64,000 nucleotides of DNA from assembly GCA_002269645.1 (NCBI GenBank), contig NIVC01000696.1:248001-312000 (forward strand), given 5' to 3'. This document shows, piece by piece, positions 1-12,457 of the stretch (within the stretch, counting starts at the first letter, position 1; the number at the start of each line of letters is the position of its first letter). Position numbers and translations under genes: made by a program. The notes beneath the pieces were generated by a model that was given only the letters and a program-made list of their open reading frames with translations, searched no databases and was not told the origin of the DNA. The DNA comes from Macrostomum lignano (lineage: Eukaryota).

Positions 1-13
1 TCTTTTACATGTA

Positions 14-1207
14 TAAGCCGCTTCTGCGCCTCAGATTCTTGAGTAAGCCGCTTCTGCCCCTCAGATTCTTCAGTAAGCCGCTTCTGCCCCTCAGATTCTT
101 CAGCAAGTCGTTTCTGCTCCTTAGATTCTTAAGTAAGTCGATTCTGCCCCTCAAATTCTTCAGTAAGCCGCTTCTGCCCCTCAGATTCTTCAGTAAGCCG
201 CTTTTGCCCCTCAGATTCTTCAGTAAGCCGCTTCTGCCCCTCAGATTCTTCAGTAAGCCGCTTTTGCCCCTCAGATTCTTCAGTAAGCCGCTTCTGCCCC
301 TCAGATTCTTGAGTAAGCCGCTTCTGCCCCTCAGATTCTTCAGTAAGCCGCTTCTGCCCCTCAGATTCTTGAGTAAGCCGCTTCTGCCCCTCAGATTCTT
401 GAGTAAGCCGCTTTTGCCCCTCAGATTCTTCAGTAAGCCGCTTCTGCCCCTCAGATTCTTGAGTAAGCCGCTTCTGCCCCTCAGATTCTTCAGTAAGTCG
501 CTTCTGCCCCTCAGATTCTTCAGCAAGTCGTTTCTGCTCCTTAGATTCTTCAGTAAGTCGATTCTGCCCCTCAAATTCTTCAGTAAGCCGCTTCTGCCCC
601 TCAGATTCTTCAGTAAGCCGCTTTTGCCCCTCAGATTCTTCAGTAAGCCGCTTCTGCCCCTCAGATTCTTGAGTAAGCCGCTTCTGCCCCTCAGATTCTT
701 CAGTAAGCCGCTTCTGCCCCTCAGATTCTTGAGTAAGCCGCTTCTGCCCCTCAGATTCTTGAGTAAGCCGCTTTTGCCCCTCAGATTCTTCAGTAAGCCG
801 CTTCTGCCCCTCAGATTCTTGAGTAAGCCGCTTCTGCCCCTCAGATTCTTGAGTAAGCCGCTTCTGCCCCTCAGATTCTTGAGTAAGCCGCTTTTGCCCC
901 TCAGATTCTTCAGTAAGCCGCTTCTGCCCCTCAGATTCTTCAGTAAGCCGCTTCTGCCCCTCAGATTCTTGAGTAAGCCGCTTCTGCCCCTCAGATTCTT
1001 CAGTAAGCCGCTTCTGCCCCTCAGATTCTTGAGTAAGCCGCTTCTGCCCCTCAGATTCTTGAGTAAGCCGCTTTTGCCCCTCAGATTCTTCAGTAAGCCG
1101 CTTCTGCCCCTCAGATTCTTGAGTAAGCCGCTTCTGCCCCTCAGATTCTTGAGTAAGCCGCTTTTGCCCCTCAGATTCTTGAGTAAGCCGCTTCTGCCCC
1201 TCAGATT
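14..1207. repeat. 30-bp minisatellite, about 40 units (CAGTAAGCCGCTTCTGCCCCTCAGATTCTT)
   Basis: Period of 30 is directly visible. It explains the repetitive 402/431-aa ORFs on both strands. TACATGTA lies on both flanks (6-13, 1214-1221). Confidence 0.97.
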
Positions 1208-1750
1208 GTTCACTACATGTAAGTCCCTATTATCCCTTAGAAACCGAACGAGCTACGAATCAGCCTTTGATGATTGCTTTCCAATATCTTACCGCAATCC
1301 TTAAACTTGACCGGGTCAGCGAGAACCGCAGCGAAGGCGCAAGCAAGCGCAGCAAACAACAGAGTCAGTTTCATTTCGCGTAAAAGTTTCTAATTGTCTT
1401 CTTTCTTTACCTATGAATAGCCTATAAGGACTGATTGCTTTGTGCAAGCGGAAATTTTTGCCGAACCACAGCGGGGCGGTATTTATGCATCACGGGTCTT
1501 ATCTTGGTCAAGTCATGCAGTTTTAGCCGGGGTTTCACAATGGGAGTTCGGCATGTTTTTCTTCCAATACTGACCGGTGGTATGGCCAGGTGCTGCTGCT
1601 CTCACGGCTTCGCGCAGCAGCTTTGCGTCAGCACTGCGGCTGAAAACAATCGAGCGCATTGGGAGTCCAAAATGAATACAAAGAAAAGCCTTCACTACTC
1701 AAATGTCCCAATCCATAGGAATATTATAAACATGCTCTTTTCTTGTTGAC

Positions 1751-2232
1751 CTGACTGACTGACTGACTGACTGACTGACTGACTGACTGACTGACTGACT
1801 GACTGACTGACTGACTGACTGACTGACTGACTGACTGACTGACTGACTGACTGACTGACTGACTGACTGACTGACTGACTGACTGACTGACTGACTGACT
1901 GACTGACTGACTGACTGACTGACTGACTGACTGACTGACTGACTGACTGACTGACTGACTGACTGACTGACTGACTGACTGACTGACTGACTGACTGACT
2001 GACTGACTGACTGACTGACTGACTGACTGACTGACTGACTGACTGACTGACTGACTGACTGACTGACTGACTGACTGACTGACTGACTGACTGACTGACT
2101 GACTGACTGACTGACTGACTGACTGACTGACTGACTGACTGACTGACTGACTGACTGACTGACTGACTGACTGACTGACTGACTGACTGACTGACTGACT
2201 GACTGACTGACTGACTGACTGACTGACTGACT
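1751..2232. repeat. (GACT)n microsatellite, about 120 units
   Basis: Perfect tetranucleotide run; source of the SQSV ORFs. Confidence 0.99.
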
Positions 2233-3130
2233 CGTACAGCGATCCAAATGCAATTTTTCATATCTCTGTAAGCAACTCGGGTTTTCTCTCTTATCTCTCA
2301 CGGAAAACAAATGGATTTCTGCGCCCCGGGGAGGCGCCAGCGCATGCAGGCTCGGAGGATGCGGGTAGATTGATGACTGCGAGAAACTCTGACGGACCTT
2401 GCAGGGGAAAGGCTCTATTCTAGGCATATTTCCCATCCCCCCCCCCTGATCTCAGGCAACCCTCGGGGTGGCAAGTTCCAACTCATTTGAGTCTTTCCTC
2501 AGGGGCCTCCGTGATTGTGAGCCCAGGCCGGGCATAATTAGATTTGTGACTGGAGATAGATAAGGGAGTAGAATGAGCAGGGGAGCGAAGGTGGAGCTAC
2601 TCGACTTGCCCAATGGAAGATAATGCAGGCAAGCCAGTGGAGGTTCTGCTCCGGTGGCGCCCCTGCCTCGAGGGGGGGGGGTCGGAGCTCCATTAGCAAC
2701 TGGAGATGCGAGTCTCAGCTGCTGGGAATTCAAAGTCTCAATCAGGCCAGCTATTAAATGGCAGCTCGAATGTTGCGCCGATTCAGATTGCGCTGCTGTG
2801 TATTGCCGATCAGAATTTCATTCTGTCTCCTTTTTCATAGCTGCTTTGCTAGTCCGAGTCTCTGTGACCGAAGAAAGACAGCTTGCATTGTACCACTGCT
2901 GTTGAGTTGTTGACCTCATTTCTGTACGAACTGCATGTCAAGAACTTTACAATGCATCTGCATCAGCAATTGATGTGATGAATTATCATGTATGCTGCAT
3001 CATGTACGAGTGTGATAATGGCATGGTTCCTTCTAATCGATGTGGCCCATCATTCATTCAATGTGATGCATTTTGTACTGAATGTGGCGCATCCATTCAG
3101 TTTAGTCCGCATCAAGGCGACAGCTTAATT

Positions 3131-3690
3131 AGGCATCATATAATCGGTGTGAGGCATCATGTACTCGGTGTGAGGCATCATGTACTCGGTGTGAGGCATC
3201 ATGTACTCGGTGTGAGGCATCATGTACTCGGTGTGAGGCATCATGTACTCGGTGTGAGGCATCATGTGCTCGGTGTGAGGCATCATGTACTCGGTGTGAG
3301 GCATCATGTACTCGGTGTGAGGCATCATGTACTCGGTGTGAGGCATCATGTACTCGGTGTGAGGCATTATATAATCGGTGTGGGGCATCATGTACTCGGT
3401 GTGAGGCATCATGTACTCGGTGTGAGGCATCATGTGCTCGGTGTGAGGCATCATGTACTCGGTGTGAGGCATCATGTACTCGGTGTGAGGCATCATGTAC
3501 TCGGTGTGAGGCATCATGTACTCGGTGTGAGGCATCATGTACTCGGTGTGAGGCATCATGTACTCGGTGTGAGGCATCATGTACTCGGTGTGAGGCATCA
3601 TGTACTCGGTGTGAGGCATCATGTACTCGGTGTGAGGCATCATGTACTCGGTGTGAGGCATCATGTACTCGGTGTGAGGCATCATGTACT
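3131..3690. repeat. 21-bp minisatellite, about 27 units (GAGGCATCATGTACTCGGTGT)
   Basis: Period of 21 visible; source of the VRHHVLG-type ORFs. Confidence 0.97.
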
Positions 3691-4447
3691 TGGGCACGCA
3701 TAGCAGCTGATGCCGCAAAGTTTCCGAGGCTCTGCTAGGTCGCATTTTGGCCAAAAAAGATGCCCGCCTTTACTTTAAAAAAGCCGTAAAAGCCACTTTG
3801 AAAAGAATTTTGAGCGAACTCGAAGAGTTGAAAAGTGAATGAGCACGCCTGAGATGACTTCCTAACGGGAGCCCCACAGATGGATGCACTTGACAAAGGA
3901 AGCCCATCGCTCTTCAAGCATTCGCCTCTTTAGATCCCGGAGTCGGAAGATACAAATCTCTCTCTCTCTGCCTGCTGCTTCCGCCAGCTGGTGCATCCTT
4001 CAGGCTAATTCCTTGTGATCAGCCTCGCGTCCCGTTCTGTCGCTTTGACTGCCCAGCTAGTGGATTCTAATCCTCTGCAAAGCCCCGTGTCTTGGAAGTT
4101 GCTTTTCTGCCTGGGTTTTTGGCAGCAGAGTAGCGGATTTGCTCCAGGGCGAGCGGCCAATGAGCGGCTTAAGCCCTGCCCCGACTACGGGGAAGAATGT
4201 CGCTGCCGCGTCTTCCCAACCGGAGGAGAAGGTGGCTCCCCTGAGAAGCCTTGGACAGGCTCAGCTCAACTCCCGGTCAAAGCTATCTGGTAAAAAAGCG
4301 AGTCTGCAGCATCATTCCAGTGAGTTCTTTTTGTTGTATTTCTGCAGCCAGGTGTGAACCCACCGGTTTTCGAATTTGAGCTTGATTTTTTTCTTTTCAG
4401 ACTATTCAGCAGCTGTAGAGACCAAAATCTTGCCAACTGATTGGGCA

Positions 4448-4703
4448 ATGGCAGCCAGTGCGGTCAACATGAGCAGCACGGAGGCCAACTCAACCCAGAG
4501 CCCCGCCACCTACAACTGGGCCTACCTGTCACTCTACAGCATCCCGGCGCTGTCCGTCTGGGGCAACGTGCTCGTCTGCGTGAGCGTGTTCGTTGAGTCC
4601 CGCCTGCGCAGCCGCTTCAACTCCTTCCTGGTGTCCCTGGCCATCAGTGACCTGCTGTGCGCCGTGCTGGTGATGCCAGTCTCCGCGTTCAAGATGATTC
4701 ACG
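4448..4703 (+). CDS. Aminergic class A GPCR (5-HT2-like), coding exon 1: N-terminus, TM1, TM2
   Basis: ATG at 4448. MAASAVNMSSTEANSTQ has N-glycosylation sequons, TM1 ends WGNVLVCVSV, TM2 is LVSLAISDLLCAVLVMP. Donor G|GTGAG at 4704 (phase 1). Confidence 0.9.
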
Positions 4704-6061
4704 GTGAGCAGGCGGGGACGGCCAGCGATTCCCCTGTGAGCAGGATTGACGTCGAGGAATAAATCGAATTTGTAGAGAGGAAGATTGAAGGAAATTATAG
4801 GCTCCGACTAGATTTAATTAAATTTTCGAGATTTTCCATTATAAACCGGAGAAATCGCCAGCAGCAAAGCTTTAGGCAACAAAGGCAAGATGTGTTTCCA
4901 ACCCAATTTTCAGAGACAGCTAGCATTGAGTGAAATTAAATTCACATTCGACATCCCGTGATTTCTTTGAGCTCGCTCACGGTGACGTGTTAGCCCACTA
5001 GGCTTAGGCCACAGACGCTAAAGTATTTAGATGGGCCAATAGCAACACATTTGCGTGTAAACTACTTTCAATTCAGTAGAAAGTTAGGGGTCGTTTCACA
5101 GACCAGAATTTTCACAATGTCGAAACTGTTGTTCATAAGCTCAAAATTTCCCAACACCGAAATTTAAAAACATCGAAAACCCTAGCAAGCCATTGTGACA
5201 TTGTGAAATTTCAGGTTTATGAAGCGCCCCGATAGTTACATGTAAACTGAAGCATTTTGTTGTACATGTTTTTTAAAAAAATGCTCATTTATTGGCCACC
5301 CCTCTAACTGCGTCATTCCACACAAAACCCCCGCCAGGCCGCCCAATTTTTATTGCCTTTCTTGGTTGATCCAGCGTAAGCTGGTCCAATGTACATTTCA
5401 GTGGCGTTGGCTAATGTACATTATTACGACTGAACCAATCAGCAAGTTGTTTTCGTCTGCAAGCTTGTTGGGCTTCTAAACTTATCAAAGTAATTTCAGC
5501 TGCCTTTATTTTTATAAAATAGCTTATGTATTCTTCTTTGCTACTGAACTGAAAGAAGAAAGCTGTTTTACTAGGCTAGCGACCGGGCGGCTCTCTCGTA
5601 CGTGCATATAGGATTACATATGCATCTAAAAAGCATTCCCAATTTTAAATATTATTACTGCTAGCAAACGACACCTCTGCAACTCACACTTGTGACCAAG
5701 CATGCCAGCACATGGCGCTCTCCCGCTAGCAGTTGAAGCGGCGCCACTCAGCGCCCCGCCTGTCCATCTGCGCCTGCATTTGGCTGGACTGAAATTCCAA
5801 TTATTAAAGCCGATCCCCGCTCCGGCCTAATCCCCAGCAGCATGGCTTGGCCGGTGCTTCGGCCTCGAGTGAGGGATAAAAATCGAAATGAAACACGAAT
5901 GTGCTGGGATCTGTGCTCGTACGGGTTCCCGTCCCGAATCCCGATGTTGGGATAAAAATTACCATTCAGAGAAGAGTTTCTTAGAGATCACTTTTGAGAT
6001 TGTCTACAGCTTATAGAGTAGTTTGTGATGGTCGTTAGAGAGCTGAAAGTGCAAGATTTTT

Positions 6062-6795
6062 ATCCCAATAATTCCAATGATCCCAATTAGATCTCAATGG
6101 ATTCAGCGATCCCAGTGATCCCAATACGCTCGTAATCCCCATGGTCCCAAAAATCCAAATTATCCCAATGATCCCAATTATCCCAATTATCCCAATGATC
6201 CCAATGATCCCAATAATCCCAATTATCCCAATTATCCCAATGATCCCAATTATCCCAATTATCCCAAAAATCCCAATTATCCCAATTATCCCAATTATCC
6301 CAATTATCCCAATGATTCCAATTATCCCAATTATCCCAATTATCCCAATTATCCCAATGATCCCAATTATCCCAATTATCCCAATGATCCCAATTATCCG
6401 AATGCTCCCAATTATCCGAATGCTCCCAATTATCCGAATGCTCCCAATTATCCCAATGATCCCAATTATCCCAATGATCCCCAACGATCCCAATGATTCC
6501 AATTATCCCAATGATCCCAATTATCTCAATGAGCCCAATGATCCCAGTGATCCCCAACGATCCTAATGATACCACTGATCCCAATAATCCCCATGATCCC
6601 AGTGATCCCAATAATCCCCATGGTCCCAATGATCCCAATTATCCCAATTATCCCAATCATCCCAATGATCCCAATTATCCCAATGATCCTAATTATCCCA
6701 ATGATCCCAGTGATTCCAATGATCCCAATTATTCCAATGATCCTAATTATCCCAATGATCCCAATTATCACAATTATCACAATGATCCTAATGAT
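6062..6795. repeat. Degenerate 9-bp satellite (ATCCCAATT/ATCCCAATG) in the GPCR intron
   Basis: Visible 9-mer period; source of the IIP/GII ORFs. Confidence 0.95.
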
Positions 6796-7705
6796 ATAGA
6801 ATCTTGAACAAGGTGAACTGTGTTTCAATGGTGTACTTTAAAGATATGGAATTTCTTGGGCTATGTAACGCAGAGCGGAATATCGTCACTCAGTCCCCCA
6901 GCCCCCCCCCCCCCAGTTGCCAGGGCGCGCTTCTGACAGGGTTAGGGCAGCCTCGGCTCCTGTAAAAAAATCTGTTTAGCAGCGAAGCGATATTCAGGGC
7001 CGGGAGCTGCGTATGCATTGGCAGAGGTTGGGACTGAGCAGTGAGCAGTGATTCGAGCCGCCCCAACTCCGCTATTCACTGGCCTTCCGGCAGATATTGG
7101 AGTATATATAGGCGCCTGACGACTTTAATTAAGGCTTAGCGCCTCTCTTTCCCCCCTCTCTTCTCTATTTCTGTTCGCCGCATGAGAGCGGCTGTGAGTG
7201 CGGGAGAGTGAAAGCTGGGCCCGGGTCCTCACATCTGGGGCAATTAGCCTGCTGACTATGAAACTAACACTGTGCTCCTCCTATCCAAAACAGCAGCCTC
7301 TCCTTAAAGGCCGCCCCATGGCAACCTACTTGAGTCAGATGAAGCCATGCGCAGAATCCTTTATTCTATTCGATCCACCGGACTGTCGGCACGCAAAGGA
7401 TGACCTTGCCAAGATTTTCCAGCGCTTTGCCCAGCAAGAGTTTCCACCTTAAAATCTTGCTTGATCGGTTCAAACGGTTCTGGATTGACCGAATTGGCAA
7501 AGGGTTGCAAAGCGAGAGGTGGCCACTTCACGTTCAAACAGACCAGTGTGAGCGAGTGATTGAGTACTTCAGGGGAATTCAAGCAAAAATCCCAATCGAG
7601 GTCAGGACGAAAGTCCCAAAGATATCTCGGTGGCTATCATGAGTCGAATTGTCACGACTAAAAGAAGTGAGATGAAAAACTCGAAAAACTCGATCCCTTA
7701 AGGAA

Positions 7706-8128
7706 CTGACGGTGTGCTCAGAGACTAGGAGACAATGACTGCATGCTGTGTATGGCTGACGGTGTGCTCAGAGACTAGGAGACAATGACTGCATGCTGTG
7801 TATGGCTGACGGTGTGCTCAGAGACTAGGAGACACTGACTGCATGCTGTGTATGGCTGACGGTGTGCTCAGAGACTAGGAGACACTGACTGCATGCTGTG
7901 TATGGCTGACGGTGTGCTCAGAGACTAGGAGACACTGACTGCATGCTGTGTATGGCTGACGGTGTGCTCAGAGACTAGGAGACAATGACTGCATGCTGTG
8001 TATGGCTGACGGTGTGCTCAGAGACTAGGAGACACTGACTGCATGCTGTGTATGGCTGACGGTGTGCTCAGAGACTAGGAGACAATGACTGCATGCTGTG
8101 TATGGCTGTCGGTGTGCTCAGAGACTAG
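7706..8128. repeat. 50-bp minisatellite, about 8.5 units, in the GPCR intron
   Basis: CTGACGGTGTGCTCAGAGACTAGGAGACA(A/C)TGACTGCATGCTGTGTATGG recurs at 7706, 7756 and onward. Confidence 0.96.
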
Positions 8129-8699
8129 AGACTGACAGCGTCCTGAAGCCCCTTAATCATCTGCAGCGCGATGCTTTATTCCGTGAGTCCAGCTCAGCCT
8201 AAAAAAGTGGCAAGTGGACCTGAAGCCACCCAGCGCACTTGTCCCGCAGCACGAAAAAAAGTGTTCAAATTTTCCGCCTATATTTCTGCTATAGTCGGGG
8301 CGGCATTAATTAATGCTCGGGCTGGTCACCCAGCAGCTGCGGGGGGGGGGCTGACTCCCGAGTCGAGGGAAATCGAAAGATCAGACTCTGTTTTTCTCTT
8401 GCGGCGAGCGTTCAGCTGGGTTCATTTGAGATACCCCGGCGCAGGGCGATCAGCAAGGCAAAGATTGATAAGAGCCAGCAGGACAGGAGCCCTCAGCGGC
8501 GCAGTGATTGCACACTGGACCGGACCTGATGAAGAAGTAACTCCGCTTTTTGAGTCCGACGTTCATTCTTAGCCGCATCTAATTTATTATTCAGCTTTCC
8601 CAGCCTCTCTATAGCTCACTTTTGCATGCTGTACTTTATAAGCGTAGTATAGACAGCTGTGGAACTCTGGGCCCTCATTGAAGTATGATATATTTATTT

Positions 8700-9327
8700 A
8701 GCACAGCACAGCACAACACAGCACAGCACAGCACAACACAACACAGCACAGCACAACACAGCACAACACAGCACAACACAGCACAGCACAGCACAGCACA
8801 ACACAACACAGCACAGCACAACACAGCACAACACAACACAGCACAACACAACACAGCGTAACACAACACAGCACAACACAACACAACACAACACAGCACA
8901 ACACAGCACAGCACAGCACAGCACAACACAGCACAGCACAGCACAACACAACACAACACAGCACAACACAACACAGCACAACACAGCACAGCACAGCACA
9001 ACACAGCACAACACAACACAGCACAACACAGCACAGCACAGCACAACACAGCACAGCACAGCACAGCACAACACAGCACAGCACAGCACAACACAACACA
9101 GCACAACACAGCACAACACAGCACAGCACAGCACAACACAGCACAACACAACACAGCACAACACAGCACAGCACAGCACAACACAGCACAGCACAGCACA
9201 ACACAACACAACACAGCACAGCACAACACAACACAGCACAGCACAGCACAACACAGCACAGCACAGCACAGCACAGCACAGCACAGCACAGCACAGCACA
9301 GCACAACACAGCACAGCACAGCACAAC
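8700..9327. repeat. (GCACA/ACACA)n pentanucleotide satellite in the GPCR intron
   Basis: Visible 5-mer run; source of the CCAVL ORFs. Confidence 0.98.
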
Positions 9328-10007
9328 AAAGTGATTGCTACGCACAAAGAAATCAGCAGGCAAAAAGAATCAAGAAAATGAAGGAGGTAAATTAATGCAG
9401 ACTTCAAGCCTTCCTGCCGTAATGAAATCTCTTGTCATCTTTGCAGGAAGTGAAAACTGCATTAATTAGCAATCCTGATTATTAATTACCTTTTGATCTC
9501 CCCCTGGAGCCAATTTGCTCGCATCGTCATCGCATGTAAGTCTCACGATCCTCATGGTGCCATTTCTGTGTCCAAAAATTCAGAGAGAAAATTATCAATA
9601 TTTTATCAACGCTCAAGACATTGTAGCTGATTTTTTGAGTGACAAAAAATCTCCCCCCCCCCCTTTTCATTCGCCTTTGATGGGCAGTTTGAACAATTTA
9701 ATTCCCAGCAGGAAAGATTTCCCAGACAGGAAGGAGCTCGCATCGCGAATGCTGAGCTGCAGACATCCAGCATCCGATTAGGCCTCTGTGCCTCATCGCT
9801 ATCAGGGACTCGGAAGGAGTGCTGAAAGCAGAGTGAGGCCAATCTGAGTCTGTCTGCTTCTAAGAAAACTGTTTTTGTAACACGCATTTAGACTCTCTCT
9901 CTCTCTAAATTTCTCTCTAAATTAGGGCTTCCTGCATCTCTGAGCGAAGGCCTAATTAGCTGCATTCGATCCACTCGATTCTGACTTCCCACCCCTCCGC
10001 TACTCAG

Positions 10008-10473
10008 GTGGGATGAGCCGCATTCCGAGGAGCGTCTGCCTGGTCTGGTACAGCCTCGACGTGTTTTTCACCTCGTCAACGATAATACACCTGTGCACCA
10101 TCTCCATTGACCGGTACTTCGCCCTGAACAATCCGCTTAAGTACCACCGGCAGAAGCGGAAGTCCGCACTGGTCGCCAAGATTCTGTGCGCCTGGCTCAT
10201 CCCGTTCTCCATCGCCGGCCCGCTGTTCATGTTCGCCCTGTGGCTGGAAAAAACTGACGAGGACTCGTTCAAGGGCTGCGGGCCGCACAATGCCTACTTC
10301 ATCATCATTGCCACCACCGTCACCTTCTACCTGCCCTTGCTGATCATGACTGTCACCTACGTTCTGACCGTGAGCACTATTATTGAGCAGACGAAGAACG
10401 CCCGCGATTTAAATGCCTCCCTGCTGCCGTTGGTCGTGAGGCCCAGCGCTCAGGCCTTCGGATTAAAGCAACT

Positions 10474-10529
<56 letters not shown>

Positions 10530-11485
10530 GGCGGAAGCAGCAGCTCGCTTCGAGCCGTCAGTCCAGCAGGGGCAGCGTGGCCAGTCCGTCCTCTGCGCTC
10601 AGAGCCGCCACCGCGTCTGGAACGTCGGCTTCGCCAATCGAGTCCAGCGGAAGCGGCCGCGGCGGCCTGGAAGCAACAACTCCGTCGTCCCGGCGCCGAC
10701 TCCTATCGCCGTCACCGAGCAGGCGCGCGGCTGGGGCCTCACTGGAGCTGCCGCCGAGTCCCGGAAATTTACGGCGACGCCATTCAGACAGGCAGCCGAG
10801 CGAGCTGCTGGTCGCCGGAGGCTCGCCGATGCGCATCGAGGCTGGTGCAGCGGCCGCTGACACCGCCGGCGGCTCTCCGGGCCAGCTCAGCCGCCGGCTT
10901 AGCCGCTCTGAGAACGGGCTGAGCAGCAGCGGCTTGGACGCCAACAATGACGTCTCCCGGCTGCTGCGGGTGCCCAGCCGGGTGTCGGTCTGCTCAGTGT
11001 ACTCGGACGACGGCATGCTGCCGCCTGAGCAGGATCGAAAGCCTCGCAGGCGCAGCAACAGCCTCTCGAGCTGCAGCACCAGGAAGAAGCTCAGCTTCAC
11101 TATTGTAACGGAGAACGCCAAGAAGACGTTCAAGCCGGAGACGAGCGAGCAGAAGAAGCGCATGGATTATATTCACCGCGGCTCCAAGGCCGTGCAGGTG
11201 CTGGGCATTCTGTTCGGCCTGTTCGTCACCTGCTATCTGCCGTTCTTCATTGCTTATCTGGTTGATTATTTCTGCACGAGTTGCCAGGTGTACACTCCAA
11301 CTGTAGTGCCCATACTGGAGTGGGTGGCCTACAGCGCCTCAATGTTCAATCCTATCGTGTATCACATATTCAACCCGACCTTCCGCAAGACCTTCCACCG
11401 ATTGATGCGCTGCCAGTGCCAGCGCTACGGGTCCGGCAAACGGGCCAACTATGTGTTCTCGTACAAAATAGGCCGGCCGGCCTGA
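10008..11485 (+). CDS. Aminergic class A GPCR (5-HT2-like), coding exon 2: TM3-TM7 and helix 8
   Basis: Acceptor TACTCAG at 10007 (phase 1) joins exon 1 as MIHG|GMSRIP. TM3 is CLVWYSLDVFFTSSTIIHLCTISIDRY (Asp3.32, DRY), TM5 FYLPLLIM, TM6 KAVQVLGILFGLFVTCYLPFF, TM7 WVAYSASMFNPIVY (NPxxY). The IHLCxISxDRY and KAxxVLGIxF motifs resemble the 5-HT2 subfamily; the subtype was not confirmed by a search. Confidence 0.92.
10475..10528 (+). repeat. (CAG)17 CAA coding repeat, 18 Gln, in GPCR ICL3
   Basis: Counted directly; in frame within exon 2. Confidence 0.97.
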
Positions 11486-12457
11486 GCAAGCCATCTTCGA
11501 GAGGCTCTCCGAAACCAAACTACTGAGCAGTAGTACCTGCAGTTGAGTTCCAGTTCGTTTGCGAGAAAGTCTGCTGCCCTCGGCAAAGAGCGCACAGCCA
11601 TTTTTGACCCGTCTGCGTTTCATCCTAATGAGCTACTCAGCCACTCCATTTGATTTTAACAAGCAAAAAGTCTACACTACTGGCACATCTTCAACCGTCT
11701 AGCTGTGTCGCACCGATGCACTCATGCTCTCGTGTTGCATAAAAACTATTCCACTTGTATCCTCGTATTTCGTGTACAGCAGCATCAGCTCCCATTCAGC
11801 GTTGAAATTCAGTGCAAGCTTGCCGGCAGAACGTATTTTTGATGTGTACTCATAAATTCTATGTTAGACTTACAGTATGACACACTGCCTGCGGAGAGTG
11901 CTCACGCAGCGATACTGCTCTACAGCACTGTATTTGAATTCCTAAAATTGACTGGGCACAGGTTAATTAAATGCGGGCGCGTGATAGTGATCTGCAGCGG
12001 ATGAACGAAGCCCTTCACGGATAATCTGGCATGCAATGCCGTTGATTCTGGCCTGCGATAAAAATTTCCATCCCAAATTCGCAGCCTCTCCAGGCAGCTG
12101 CAGCCTTCGAAAGCGAAGAATTCGTGCACTGGAAATCCAGTCGCATGGATACAATCATTTATTATTATGCAATAACGATTCGATCGTGTAGCGGACCAGT
12201 TCAAAATATTTTCAACTCCAAAGCTGTTGCAAACTGACTGATGGCCTTCTTTCTATCAAGCCATTTTCCACTCGATGCTGCAGCCTTGCGATGTATCGAA
12301 TGGTTGGTTCGTTTGCAGTTCCAATAAACTATTAGTCACTGAATTGCTGGCACGCAGCTCGAACCAACAGCTTCTATATGCCATTGTAGTCTGGTAGAAT
12401 ATTGGACACGCTCTTATTTATTTCTCGTGTAAAGTTATTGATATTTTCTAATGACTC

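Noticed and set aside
5-1304. 402-aa and 431-aa ORFs on opposite strands
   Set aside because: Translation of a 30-bp tandem repeat that lacks stops; no non-repetitive domain or splice context.
1575-1641. Possible minus-strand mini-exon (RSADAKLLREAVRAAAPGHTT) between TTTTCAG and GTCAGT
   Set aside because: Too short, no partner exon in the window, and no recognisable family.
5107-5211. Short inverted repeat TTCACAATGTC / GACATTGTGAA
   Set aside because: Only about 14 bp with no TSD; insufficient to call a MITE.
7198-7642. Overlapping 73-84 aa ORFs in the GPCR intron
   Set aside because: No recognisable motif or consistent splice sites.
7706-8128. CRISPR-like appearance of the 41-65 bp arrays
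   Set aside because: Units are head-to-tail without unique spacers, there are no cas genes, and the context is eukaryotic.
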